Shown piece by piece: positions 1 through 8,993 of a stretch of DNA of 42,210 bases (positions are counted from its first letter, which is position 1; every line of letters starts with the position of its first letter). Location of the stretch: IMG/VR virus record IMGVR_UViG_3300007351_000027. One strand, 5' to 3'. The notes under the pieces are model-generated. The model was not told the origin of the DNA. It searched no databases and saw only the letters and a program-made list of their open reading frames with translations. The DNA comes from a virus. Position numbers and translations under genes: made by a program.

Positions 1-99
1 TGGCATGGGTTGAGGAAATGACGTTTGCAGGGAAGTCGCTATCAGATAAGAAGCGGCATTTGAAGGCGAATGAGCGTATGGCGGTAAGGGGAATCCTGT
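1..99. repeat. Terminal exact duplicate of 42112-42210 (circular-assembly overlap or terminal redundancy)
   Basis: Read by eye: tggcatgggttgaggaaatgacg...ggggaatcctgt is identical at both window ends (99 bp). Confidence 0.9.
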
Positions 100-101
100 A
101 A
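1..101 (+). CDS. 3' end of the junction-spanning Zn-ribbon ORF (same gene as 41823-42210); stop TAA at 99-101
   Basis: The frame from GTG 41823 continues through the repeat. TAA (99-101) overlaps the ATG (101-103) of the tail-fibre gene (TAATG coupling). Confidence 0.55.
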   Translation, partial: AWVEEMTFAGKSLSDKKRHLKANERMAVRGIL

Positions 102-1885
102 TGGGCGGCAATTACTCGTTAGTTGAAACAGTAGTGACCGGACAGACGATTACAGCGGCTGAACGGAACACGGAGCACCAAAACCACATTGATAATGCTA
201 CACCGTCCGGGTGTGACGATTATTCAGCAACCGTGACGGAAATGCGGACGGTCACAGACCCCTACCCGGCTTCGTCTGAGTCTCAGGCCACGTCGTTGGC
301 TGGTGAGTTAGAGCGCATTCGCTATCTGATCAAGCAAATTACTGGTGAAGCACAGTGGTACATTGATCCCGAGTCGGCGCTGACGGGTTATCGCCTTGAG
401 TCAGCCGACCACTCGCATCAGTCAACTGGAGCGCAGGCCGGCACGTTAGATCACGGTCTTGCGACGACCGGACTGACGGACGATGACCACACGCAGTATG
501 CGCTGTTAGCGGGAAGAGCGACAGGGCAGGTGATTTTTGGCGGCACAGCAGCCAGCGAAACATTGACGTTGAAATCAACGTCACACGCTACCAAAGGCAA
601 AGTCATTTTCGGCAATGCTGGTACGACAGCCTACGATGAAGTCAACGAGCGATTTGGTATAGGTACGGCGTCTCCTTCAACTGTTATAGAGGCATCTAGG
701 GCCGGCAGTCTTGCAGTACGTGCTACTAATTTGTCTACGTCTTCGTACGCTGAATTAGGAGAGGATGCGACTGGAGCTTATGTTGAAGCTTCTAATAGTA
801 AACCGCTGCGTTTTTATACCGGAGTTGCAGAACGGTGGAGAATTGATGCAAATGGTCATTTAATTGGCGGGGATGATAACACCTACGACATCGGCGCTTC
901 TGGTGCTACTCGTCCCCGCACACTATATCTCGGGACGAGTGCTTTTGTGCCGACAATTACTGGTAGTGAGTCGGCCAGCGGCACGCTAACGCTGAAGTCT
1001 ACGTCTGATGCAACTAAAGGCAAAGTGATCTTTGGTGCCGCAGGCACCACAGCCTACGATGAAGTCAATGAGCGGTTCGGCATTGGTACTGCATCTCCTA
1101 CTACACCATTGCACGTGGAGAGTGCCACAGGAATTATTAAACTTGTTTCTTCTACCGGAACGAATAGTGCCCGTGTTCAAATTGAGAATACGGGCGGCGC
1201 ACTATATGTGGGGAGAGAATCAAGTTCAGGTGGCGCTTTATTTACTTCTTCTGCCGCCTATAGTGGCGTCATTGGAGTAGCATCAGCTCACGCTTTTGAG
1301 TTGGCGACTACTGGAGTTTCACGATGGAAAATTTCGTCCAGTGGGCATTTGCTTGGAGTTGTTGACAATACTTACGATATTGGTGCTCCCGGTGCCACTC
1401 GCCCTCGCAATGTATACATTGCCGGGAATCTTGTAGTGGGCGGGACAATTTCTGGTGCTACGGCAATACCGACTCCTGGTGTTGATACATCAGCCAGAGA
1501 CGTGACAGCCTGGACGACGACAGAGACTGATTTAATCACTTTAGGCTCAGTAACAGTTGCGACTGGTGATATTATTCAGTTGCATTTGTTTATGCAGGCA
1601 ACTGGAGCAGCCACGACGACATGGCTTCAGACAAGGATTCGTCAATCAGCTGGCACAGCGGTGGTTAGATATGTCACCAGCTCTTCAACGGCATTAAGTG
1701 GCACTTCAAATACGCTTTGGACAGATATTGCATCAAGTGGTATCCCGATTGGTGGACCAATGACGCTGCTGTTGAAATGCGCGACTGGCGGCACACTAAC
1801 TCTAGTTATCTCGGCATGGTGCGGAACAGCAAACTGTTCGGCATCTAATATCGAAGCCCGACTGATTGCGTACGGGACAGCGTAA
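101..1885 (+). CDS. Tail fibre / receptor-binding protein
   Basis: 594 aa. HSHQ...GLTDDDHTQY motif typical of phage fibre proteins. Gly/Ser/Thr-rich beta-type sequence with an internal duplicated module. Position is just before the lysin and internal virion proteins. Confidence 0.75.
   Translation: MGGNYSLVETVVTGQTITAAERNTEHQNHIDNATPSGCDDYSATVTEMRTVTDPYPASSESQATSLAGELERIRYLIKQITGEAQWYIDPESALTGYRLESADHSHQSTGAQAGTLDHGLATTGLTDDDHTQYALLAGRATGQVIFGGTAASETLTLKSTSHATKGKVIFGNAGTTAYDEVNERFGIGTASPSTVIEASRAGSLAVRATNLSTSSYAELGEDATGAYVEASNSKPLRFYTGVAERWRIDANGHLIGGDDNTYDIGASGATRPRTLYLGTSAFVPTITGSESASGTLTLKSTSDATKGKVIFGAAGTTAYDEVNERFGIGTASPTTPLHVESATGIIKLVSSTGTNSARVQIENTGGALYVGRESSSGGALFTSSAAYSGVIGVASAHAFELATTGVSRWKISSSGHLLGVVDNTYDIGAPGATRPRNVYIAGNLVVGGTISGATAIPTPGVDTSARDVTAWTTTETDLITLGSVTVATGDIIQLHLFMQATGAATTTWLQTRIRQSAGTAVVRYVTSSSTALSGTSNTLWTDIASSGIPIGGPMTLLLKCATGGTLTLVISAWCGTANCSASNIEARLIAYGTA
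560..1430 (+). repeat. Intragenic tandem duplication of a ~140-aa module in the tail fibre
   Basis: TLTLKSTS(H/D)ATKGKVIFG.AGTTAYDEVNERFGIGTASP...NTYDIGA.GATRPR occurs twice (starting at nt 560 and nt 983). By eye the copies are diverged, not identical, at nucleotide level. Confidence 0.8.
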
Positions 1886-1887
1886 TT

Positions 1888-2400
1888 ATGAGTACAACGT
1901 GGCCTATTGCTTTGAAGCATGTCTTGAAATATGAGGGCGGCTTCGTGAATCATCCGCAAGACCCTGGAGGGGCAACCAATCTCGGTATCACAGATCGGCG
2001 TGACGGCAAGGTTGACGGCATGGTAGATGTCGATGGTAACGGCTCTGGAGATGTCGCTATTCGCAATCTCACGGCAGAGCAGGCTGGAGAGATTTATCGT
2101 CGAGAGTACTGGGCGCCGTCTGGTTGCGACGATCTTCCGGCAGGCTTCGACGTATGCGTATTTGACGCAGCGGTGAATTGCGGAGTGCGGAGAGCCCGAG
2201 GCTGGAAGTTGCTGGTAGAAGCTAGCATGACGAAGTTGAATGTAGAGCAGATGATCTGCGAGTACATGGCGGCACGGAGAGCGTACTATCGTACTCGACC
2301 CCACTTTCCGACATTCGGCAAGGGGTGGTTCAACCGATGTGATCAGGTGGAACGACTCTGCCTGAGTTTGGCAAAGGAAGCACAGAGCAATGGCAATTAA
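1888..2400 (+). CDS. GH108-family lysozyme/muramidase with PG_binding_3-like C-terminus (endolysin or virion-associated lysin)
   Basis: YEGGFVNHPQDPGGATNLGIT matches the GH108 signature. The C-terminal ...GKGWFNR... resembles the associated peptidoglycan-binding domain. Confidence 0.8.
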   Translation: MSTTWPIALKHVLKYEGGFVNHPQDPGGATNLGITDRRDGKVDGMVDVDGNGSGDVAIRNLTAEQAGEIYRREYWAPSGCDDLPAGFDVCVFDAAVNCGVRRARGWKLLVEASMTKLNVEQMICEYMAARRAYYRTRPHFPTFGKGWFNRCDQVERLCLSLAKEAQSNGN

Positions 2401-3763
2401 TCCGAGGGATGTATTTAATCGTAACCGAAGTGGGATAACACGCGGCGTACTGTCTCAAGAGCAGCAACCCGCAGCCGCTTCTGCTCCTGAAATCAATTCG
2501 GCATACGCAGACTCGCTGTCTCGATACACTCCTGAGCAGCAGGCGGCACTGAGTCAAGCCCTGGATGCGGTTGCTAAGTCGCTGAACGTAGCGACCCTTT
2601 CTCCTGAGCAAGTGGGAGCTGTTCTATCGAAGTCGTCTGACTTCCTCAAGGATATTGGTCAAGGTCGAGAATCCGTCGAAGCTCGAATTAATCGAGGGCT
2701 CTCTTCGTGGGTGAATCTGGCTCGGACGACCGGCACAGAGCAGCGGCAAGAAGAATTTGCCGGCAGAGTTCAGGAACAAATTGAAGAAGCGATGCGATCC
2801 GGCAGAGAGTTGTCGGAGCGTCAACTTGCGATTCTTGAAGAGCAGCTGAATCTCTCTCGGGAAGAAATCAAGTCGCTGCAGGCATCTCGCCAAGAGGCGC
2901 TGGGCCTGGCGAAGCAGGAAGCCGCGTCTGCTCGCACGGTGCAGGATGAGCTGTACCGGCGTGCCGGTCTCACGCCGGAGTACGACGAGTCCGGAACACT
3001 GATTGGCCTGAATCCCATGTCGGAAGAAGACATGGTATCGCAAATGACGCCGTTGCAGCAGCAGCAGTATCAGCTGGCGAAGACGACAACGCAGAAACAA
3101 CTCGATGCATTGGCGGGCAAATTCGACATGGACCCTGCGCTCACGAAGTCGCTGCAGGATCAAGAAGAGCAGTTGAAAGCGGTGTTGGCTCAAAAGCTTG
3201 GGCCGAATTTCATGAAGAGCACGGCTGGCATCCAAGCAATGAATAAATTTATGGAAGCCAAAACTCGCATCGAGGAATCGGCTCGTCTTTCGTGGATTCA
3301 GACTGGGCAGGGGCTGGTGTCGTCGGCCCTTGGGACGCAGATTGCGTCTGAAGAGGCTGGACGGGCTCCTGTGGCGCAGGCAGCGGGTGTCGGAGCTGGA
3401 CTTCGACAGGTGGGCATTACCGCACCATTGGCGGCAGGACCGATTGCTCGTCAAGCAGGGGCTGGAGAAGTCGGCGGTGTATTAAGTACGATCTTGGCTC
3501 CGACGACGCAAGCTGGAGCAGGCTTTGAGGGCTTTCAGAATATTCTGGCTCCACGGTACGCACAGACGAATTATGAGCGGCAGCTTGGATTGATTCAGGC
3601 GCAAGCTGAGGCTCAGGATTCCGGCTCTCCGTGGTCTGGTGTACTGACCGGCTTACTGGGCACAGCCGTGGGAGCCGGGACCGGAGCGTTACTTGGGCCG
3701 GCAGCCGGATTGACGGCTGGGCAGGGAGCCTTTGCCGGCGTCACTGGTGTTCTTCCCCGATAA
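2390..3763 (+). CDS. Internal virion / ejection-type structural protein (coiled-coil, Gly/Ala-rich C-terminus)
   Basis: 457 aa. Long Q/E/L-rich helical segments followed by a GAGxG-rich tail. Start overlaps the lysin stop. Function inferred from position only. Confidence 0.5.
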   Translation: MAINPRDVFNRNRSGITRGVLSQEQQPAAASAPEINSAYADSLSRYTPEQQAALSQALDAVAKSLNVATLSPEQVGAVLSKSSDFLKDIGQGRESVEARINRGLSSWVNLARTTGTEQRQEEFAGRVQEQIEEAMRSGRELSERQLAILEEQLNLSREEIKSLQASRQEALGLAKQEAASARTVQDELYRRAGLTPEYDESGTLIGLNPMSEEDMVSQMTPLQQQQYQLAKTTTQKQLDALAGKFDMDPALTKSLQDQEEQLKAVLAQKLGPNFMKSTAGIQAMNKFMEAKTRIEESARLSWIQTGQGLVSSALGTQIASEEAGRAPVAQAAGVGAGLRQVGITAPLAAGPIARQAGAGEVGGVLSTILAPTTQAGAGFEGFQNILAPRYAQTNYERQLGLIQAQAEAQDSGSPWSGVLTGLLGTAVGAGTGALLGPAAGLTAGQGAFAGVTGVLPR

Positions 3764-3772
3764 GAGAGTGAG

Positions 3773-4933
3773 ATGGCACGAGCAGATTTAGCATCCCCGT
3801 TCCTGCAAGGACTGCAGCTTGGGGCATCCATGATGGTCAATCTCCGCGAGATCCGACAGCGCGAGATGAAGCAGAAATCAGACGAGGCTTTGGAAGTCCT
3901 GAAGCAGGAAGTTGAGCTGACGAAGGCGCAGATGGATCAGCAGAAGGCTATCGCTGAGACAGCTTTGAAATTTGTGGCCGACGAGAAGATTACGGCTCCA
4001 CAAGCGAAGCTTGAGTTATTTAATAAATCGTTGCTGCCGTTTCTCAACAGCCTCTTGCCGGCTGAGCAGCAGGTGCAGCCGCTGACAGAGTGGAATGATA
4101 AAGCCTCTCAGCTAACAAAAGCGATGCAGGCTGTGGTAAATCTGCCTGAAGAAGTCCCGCAGGATGTGCGGATGCAGGCGCTGGCTGAGCAGCTGGCATT
4201 CTTTGGACTAGGCGAAGAGGCGTTGAAGACGCAACAGAAAGCTCTGGAGCCGTTGTCGGCTGAGCAGCAAGAGCTGGCGACGTTGACTCCGGATGAAATC
4301 CGGAAGCGGGCGTTGAAAGGCACAGAGCCTCCGGCTCCTGAAATTCGCACTGGCGTCAAGATTGATGACAAAGGTACGGAGGCAGCCATCGAGCGAGATC
4401 CGGCAACCGGAGCTTGGAAGATTATCACGGTGGGCGGGAAAGAGGTTAAAGGCCGAAGTCCGAAGGGCGAGGGCGACGGCAAGATTAGCGAGAGTGAACG
4501 CAAAGCTGCAGTCTTGGCGACTCGACTGCAGGACTCATTGAATGTGTTGGACTCATTGCCTGATGCAGCTGGTAAACCAGGAGCATTTGAGCGAATGTTT
4601 CAAACCGCGGGCGCAGAATCACTGGCTAATTTCTTTCGTTCTGCTAATCGTCAACAAGCGAATGCTGCACAGTTGGATGCACTTGATGCGGCGCTGACAT
4701 TGGCGACAGGAGCGGCATATACCAAAGAGCAGATACAGAATTTGAGTACGGCGTACTTCCCACAATTAAATGATAGTCCACAAGCGGCGGCAGACAAGAA
4801 TCGGCGGTTCTCTACAATCGTGGAGGCTGCAAAGCTGGCAGCCGGGAAAGCCGCTCCGTTTGTTGAGCAGATTACAGGCACACCGCAAGAAACTGATCTA
4901 GATGCACTGTATCAGCAGTTCACGAGGCCCTAA
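3773..4933 (+). CDS. Internal virion-like structural protein
   Basis: 386 aa, helical and charged, in the late operon between two similar large proteins. No motif recognised. Confidence 0.45.
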   Translation: MARADLASPFLQGLQLGASMMVNLREIRQREMKQKSDEALEVLKQEVELTKAQMDQQKAIAETALKFVADEKITAPQAKLELFNKSLLPFLNSLLPAEQQVQPLTEWNDKASQLTKAMQAVVNLPEEVPQDVRMQALAEQLAFFGLGEEALKTQQKALEPLSAEQQELATLTPDEIRKRALKGTEPPAPEIRTGVKIDDKGTEAAIERDPATGAWKIITVGGKEVKGRSPKGEGDGKISESERKAAVLATRLQDSLNVLDSLPDAAGKPGAFERMFQTAGAESLANFFRSANRQQANAAQLDALDAALTLATGAAYTKEQIQNLSTAYFPQLNDSPQAAADKNRRFSTIVEAAKLAAGKAAPFVEQITGTPQETDLDALYQQFTRP

Positions 4934-6793
4934 ATGGCATTTGATGAAGCTGGATTTCGTCAAGCGGCAAAAGCAGCTGGGAAAACAGACGAAGAGATTG
5001 ATGCGTACTTGGCGTCGAAGCAAGCTCCGACTGGTGGCTTGAGTGCGCTGGCTCCTGCTGCAGAACGTGCTGTGCAGAAGGGAGAGCAAGCAATTGGCGA
5101 GTCTGATGCCCGCACGCTGACCGAGTTAGCTGGAGGGATTGCAGGGGCAGCGGTAGCTGGCCGCATTCCTGGAGCGGCAAAAGTCGGGCAGGCCGTAGGC
5201 CGTATGGCTGGAGCCGCTGTCGGTGGAGCAGCCAGTGAAGCCGGATTTCAGGCTGCGACAGGTGAGCAGCTTGACCCCGGAAAAATGGTTGCAGCCGGAG
5301 GCCGGCAGGCAGCGTTTGAAGGCGTGGGCCAGGTGGCCATGCGAGCGATCAATCGGCTGATCAAGCCCACCCGTATGCCGATTGAGGCCGGCACAGAGCA
5401 GGCGGCACAGGCGTTCAAAGAAGTGGGCGGGGAATTCCTCCCGCATCAGTTGGTGCCTGAACACCGAGGAATCGGATTTGTCTCCGGCGTAGCGGAAAGC
5501 GGTATCGGTGGCGCTGGCCGCATGGCGGCAGCGGGGAAACGCCAGCAAATCGCGGTTCAAAAGCTTTCTGAGCGCACAGCTGAGAAATTGGCCGATCAAT
5601 CGTTGCGCGAGTTAACCGATGAGGAAATCGGTGCGTTGCTGCAGGATACACTGCAGGGCGGTAAAGCAGCGTACGAAGCGGCGGGGCACAAGATGTATCA
5701 GGCGCTTGATACGTCTGGTGTAAAAGTGGATATGACGCCGGCTGTGGATGTGGCTGCTGGCGTGCTCAAGCGATTTGCTGAGATCAAGAATGTCGGCAAA
5801 ACAGGAGCTGCTTCGCAGATGATGAAACGTCTGCAGGGTTTTGCATCGGTTGATCCGACAACGAAGCAGCGAACGGTACAGTCTATTACGTTTGAGCAGG
5901 CGCAGTCACTTCGGTCTGAAATTGCAGCTGCCAAGCGGCAAGCCAAGAATCCCGGCGAGCGTCGAGCCTATGCAGAGCTGGTAACAGCTGTTGATGAGTC
6001 AATGGAAGCGGCAGCGATCAACTCCGGCCATGCGACACTGGCGGATGATTGGCGTGCGGCTAATGCGTTCTATAAAGAAGGCAAACGAGTCTTCGACAAC
6101 AAATTCCTCGCCAGGCTATTGAAGGAAGAAATGCCGGCAGAGAAAATTGGCGAGACGATTGCGGCTTCCGGCAATGTCACGACGATCAAACAGGTGCAGG
6201 AGGCGCTGAAATACGCGAAGCAGGTTGATCCTTCATTGAACGTCGAGAAAGCTATGAACGCCGTTCGCGCAGGATGGTTCACTAATGCGCTGGCCACTGC
6301 ATCAACGAAAGGTCCATTGTCCGGCGAAGTCCTGGCCACGAGACTGTCGAATCCCAAAGTCCAGCGAACGATGCACACACTCTACACCCCCGAGCAGCGG
6401 GAAGCCATCATGCAATTCGCTCAGGTAGCGAAGATGACGCAAGCTTCCCCCAAGGGAGGCGGTGAAGTGCTGATCAAGCTGACACAGGCCGGGCAGGGTG
6501 CAGCTGTAGGTGCCATGCTGCTGGGCGGCTCTGCCGCGTCTCCGGTTGCTGTGCCAATCCTTATTGCGCCGAATCTGCTGTCCAGGATGCTGACGAATCC
6601 GAAGACGGCCAGTTGGCTGACGCGGGGAGCGAAGCTCCCGCTGGGCAGTCCGGCTCGTGCTGGCCTGGCCACACGTATTTTGAATGCTGCCGTTGAGATT
6701 GCACAGGACGGCGAGTTGACCATTGATCCTAGCTGGCAGGCTCCGGCAGCGGCACAGCCTGGCAGTCCAGCGAATATGATTCAGGAGCGGTAA
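4934..6793 (+). CDS. Large internal virion-like structural protein
   Basis: 619 aa. Abuts the previous stop (TAA then ATG). Ala/Gly-rich with a hydrophobic C-terminal segment. Function inferred from position only. Confidence 0.45.
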   Translation: MAFDEAGFRQAAKAAGKTDEEIDAYLASKQAPTGGLSALAPAAERAVQKGEQAIGESDARTLTELAGGIAGAAVAGRIPGAAKVGQAVGRMAGAAVGGAASEAGFQAATGEQLDPGKMVAAGGRQAAFEGVGQVAMRAINRLIKPTRMPIEAGTEQAAQAFKEVGGEFLPHQLVPEHRGIGFVSGVAESGIGGAGRMAAAGKRQQIAVQKLSERTAEKLADQSLRELTDEEIGALLQDTLQGGKAAYEAAGHKMYQALDTSGVKVDMTPAVDVAAGVLKRFAEIKNVGKTGAASQMMKRLQGFASVDPTTKQRTVQSITFEQAQSLRSEIAAAKRQAKNPGERRAYAELVTAVDESMEAAAINSGHATLADDWRAANAFYKEGKRVFDNKFLARLLKEEMPAEKIGETIAASGNVTTIKQVQEALKYAKQVDPSLNVEKAMNAVRAGWFTNALATASTKGPLSGEVLATRLSNPKVQRTMHTLYTPEQREAIMQFAQVAKMTQASPKGGGEVLIKLTQAGQGAAVGAMLLGGSAASPVAVPILIAPNLLSRMLTNPKTASWLTRGAKLPLGSPARAGLATRILNAAVEIAQDGELTIDPSWQAPAAAQPGSPANMIQER

Positions 6794-7255
6794 ATGCGAA
6801 TTCCACAGAGTCTTGATGAAGTCAGGCGGATGCGACCCGAGGAACAGCGACAGGCCGGAGAAATGCTGGGCCGGCTGATGGTCATGAGCCCTGAGCAGCT
6901 GGCACAGGTGACGAAAATCACTCCCGAAGAGCTGCAAGGATTGCTGCAACCGGGGCAGCAGGAGACACCAGGAGCTGCGACACCGACAGAATCTGCGCCA
7001 GTGAAGGGGTATGCTGGGGAACGGCTCCCAGCGAGGCGTTCTGACAGGAATTTGAAAGGAAATTACGGTGTTTTGAGCAACCTGACGCAGGAGCCGGAGG
7101 GCTTAACGATCCGTGATACACGTACTGGCGCGTCTCGTCCAGCCGCGCCTGGTGATCCGCTAGGACCGACTGAAGTCCTGATGTCAGGAAAGCAGATCCT
7201 GCGAGCGGGATTGCGAGCGCAGGCCAATCTCCGTATTCAACGGAGGGCCGAATAA
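6794..7255 (+). CDS. Hypothetical late protein
   Basis: 153 aa. Starts directly after the previous stop, and its stop overlaps the next ATG. Confidence 0.5.
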   Translation: MRIPQSLDEVRRMRPEEQRQAGEMLGRLMVMSPEQLAQVTKITPEELQGLLQPGQQETPGAATPTESAPVKGYAGERLPARRSDRNLKGNYGVLSNLTQEPEGLTIRDTRTGASRPAAPGDPLGPTEVLMSGKQILRAGLRAQANLRIQRRAE

Positions 7256-7485
7256 TGGACCTGTCCGTACTGCCCTCGTGGGCATGGGATTTCGCCTTTG
7301 TGGGCTTCCTGTTTGCGATGTTCTACTGGATGGTGTCTCGTACTGACAGAGTGGGAGAGAAGATCCATGCCGTGCTGACGAAGCTGACAGACGAGTTTCA
7401 CTCGCATCAGCTGCAGGATGCTCAGATGTTCGCAGAGATGAAAGCAGCCACGAAGAAACCGAGAAAGCGAGCGAAAGCGAAATAA
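7255..7485 (+). CDS. Small single-TM protein (holin/antiholin or spanin-like lysis accessory)
   Basis: 76 aa. N-terminal hydrophobic helix WDFAFVGFLFAMFYWMV and a Lys-rich C-terminus. Coupled (ATAATG) to the holin-like gene. Confidence 0.45.
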   Translation: MDLSVLPSWAWDFAFVGFLFAMFYWMVSRTDRVGEKIHAVLTKLTDEFHSHQLQDAQMFAEMKAATKKPRKRAKAK

Positions 7486-7877
7486 TGAATATCTTTAGCG
7501 CCCTGATCGGGCCAGTTGTCGATGTGCTCAAGGGAGCGGGGATCTTGAAAGATCCGAAAGCGGAAGCCGAAGCCATGTCCGCACTCTTGGCCGCTCAGAG
7601 CAAATTTGCTGAAGTCGAATCCAAGCTCGTTGAATCGGTGAATGCCACGATGCGAGCGGAGGCAGCGTCTGACAGTTGGATGCAAAAGTCGTGGCGTCCC
7701 ATTGTTGGTTTCTCGTTTGCCGGCACGATTGTCAATAACTACATGCTGCTGCCGTATTTCAAAAATGCCGGCCTGCAGCCGGTCGATATTCCGTCAGAAG
7801 TGTGGTTGGCAATGATGGCAGTGTTGGGAGTGGCTGCTTATACCAGAGGGCAAGAAAAGATCCAGCGAGGGAAGTAA
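7485..7877 (+). CDS. Holin, 3-TM GTA-holin-like family
   Basis: 130 aa. An amphipathic N-terminal part, then SWMQKSWRPIVGF... and hydrophobic helices, resembling the 'holin of 3TMs for gene-transfer release' family. Confidence 0.55.
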   Translation: MNIFSALIGPVVDVLKGAGILKDPKAEAEAMSALLAAQSKFAEVESKLVESVNATMRAEAASDSWMQKSWRPIVGFSFAGTIVNNYMLLPYFKNAGLQPVDIPSEVWLAMMAVLGVAAYTRGQEKIQRGK

Positions 7878-8243
7878 ATGGAGGCTCCTACCTTCTTTCT
7901 CGATGTCTCTGGAATTATTACACCAGGCTGCGGCCCCACATTGAAGGGGTGCGACTACTATTGGTCTGGAGAGCCCTGGAATCGCCTCTCAATGGTCGTC
8001 ATTCGAGAAGCGGGCACAAGCCCCTCTTGCTCTGTGAATATGCAAGTCTTACTGGGCAACGACACATGGGTGACGCTGACCGGAGCACCAGGGTATGGAA
8101 TGGGAGGGCCGTTAGCTGTCACATACCTGGCTTATGGCCCTGCATACGCCTGTGCAAGTCTTGGCCCATTTCGACAAGCCCGATGGTGGGTGCAGAGCAC
8201 TGGCGGCAACACCCTCCGAATTCAAATGTTAGCCGGTCGTTAA
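7878..8243 (+). CDS. Hypothetical Cys-containing protein; last gene of the rightward block (possible moron)
   Basis: 121 aa. Starts 1 nt after the holin stop. Its 3' end converges on and overlaps the leftward wHTH gene by 15 nt. Confidence 0.45.
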   Translation: MEAPTFFLDVSGIITPGCGPTLKGCDYYWSGEPWNRLSMVVIREAGTSPSCSVNMQVLLGNDTWVTLTGAPGYGMGGPLAVTYLAYGPAYACASLGPFRQARWWVQSTGGNTLRIQMLAGR

Positions 8244-8612
8244 TTTCGCTTCTTGCCCATCCGCCCGCAATCCAATCTTCCCATCCGGGAGCTGCTTCAC
8301 AGGTGATCCCTTCTTTTTGATCAGGTAGTAGACGGTGCTCCACCCCACGTTGAGATGCCGCTTCACGTCTCCCGGCATGGCAGGTCCATGCTTCGAGAGA
8401 TACGACACTAGCTGCTTCTCTCGTGTCTGTTTCCCTTTCGAGTGCGTTGCGGTATCCTCTGGTGGCGGTGGCACCAATTTCTCCAACAGAGACGGCTCGA
8501 TGCCAGTGTCTAGCTCTTCCAACATGAGATTTCGAAGCTGCTGCAGCTTAGCAATGCGCTCGTTAATTTCGCTCATCACTTCTGCCAGGGCCTCTTTCCG
8601 TTTTCCGTCCAT
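8229..8612 (-). CDS. Winged-HTH DNA-binding protein beside attP (regulator or directionality-factor candidate)
   Basis: Start placed at the internal ATG 8612 with SD GGAGGG 7 nt upstream; the track start 8672 lies inside the -35 box. Coiled-coil N-terminus, and C-terminal LVSYLSKHGPAMPGDVKRHLNVGWSTVYYLIKKKG is HTH-like. Confidence 0.6.
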   Translation of the reverse strand: MDGKRKEALAEVMSEINERIAKLQQLRNLMLEELDTGIEPSLLEKLVPPPPEDTATHSKGKQTREKQLVSYLSKHGPAMPGDVKRHLNVGWSTVYYLIKKKGSPVKQLPDGKIGLRADGQEAKLTTG

Positions 8613-8643
8613 TGTTGTACCCTCCGTAGTCAAAGAGAATTCC

Positions 8644-8672
8644 ATCCTAGCAGAGTGTAAAACCACTGTCAA
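8644..8672 (-). promoter_or_regulatory. Sigma70-type promoter for the wHTH gene
   Basis: Minus strand reads TTGACA (8667-8672), 17-nt spacer, TAGGAT (8644-8649). The -35 context TTGACAGTG is shared with other promoters in this genome. Confidence 0.5.
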
Positions 8673-8700
8673 CAGGATTTATTCCGTCAGAGAGTGGGCT

Positions 8701-8721
8701 TGTGCTACCACTGTGCTACCA
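8701..8721 (+). repeat. Tandem direct repeat TGTGCTACCA x2 (candidate integrase arm-type sites, P arm)
   Basis: TGTGCTACCA-c-TGTGCTACCA, perfect copies with 11-bp phasing, in the non-coding region next to int. Confidence 0.55.
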
Positions 8722-8787
8722 GGCTTGACTAAATTAGCCCAACAGCAAACAATGTGCCACAATAAGGAAATCGCAGGGATGCGGGTT

Positions 8788-8816
8788 TTGACGCAGGTGA
8801 CAGCGAATTATATAAG
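8788..8816 (+). promoter_or_regulatory. Candidate promoter inside the attP region, reading toward the int 3' end
   Basis: TTGACG (8788-8793), 17 nt, TATAAG (8811-8816). A strong plus-strand terminator lies about 215 nt downstream. Confidence 0.35.
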
Positions 8817-8880
8817 TGCGAACATCCGGCTGGATTTCATGTGAAGAAACAACGCATTGCGTAGTGCAGGATGTGGCCGA

Positions 8881-8898
8881 TGCTACCGGATTGCTACC
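8881..8898 (+). repeat. Tandem direct repeat TGCTACC x2 (candidate arm-type sites, P' arm)
   Basis: TGCTACCggatTGCTACC, with 11-bp phasing and the same orientation and core as the 8701-8721 pair. Confidence 0.5.
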
Positions 8899-8993
8899 AC
8901 CAAGTTGACAATCTGCCGAGTCTCGGCTACGCTAGTGAGCGCAAGCAGGCTATTCGGATTCGGGTCGCTGCCCTCCGTCTGACCCTGCTTGTG

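Noticed and set aside
1-99. Interpreting the 99-bp end repeat as a biological direct terminal repeat
   Set aside because: An ORF and the operon structure are continuous across the junction, and the length is typical of an assembler k-mer overlap. It cannot be excluded without read data, so it is reported as a low-interest finding rather than called a DTR.
101-1885. Diversity-generating retroelement targeting the tail fibre
   Set aside because: There is no reverse-transcriptase ORF anywhere in the genome. The two repeated modules are both inside the gene, and their differences are not restricted to adenine positions.
7802-8320. 172-aa plus-strand ORF overlapping the holin end, the 121-aa gene and the wHTH gene
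   Set aside because: It is out of frame with two better-supported, tightly coupled genes and has no SD. It crosses the convergent gene boundary.
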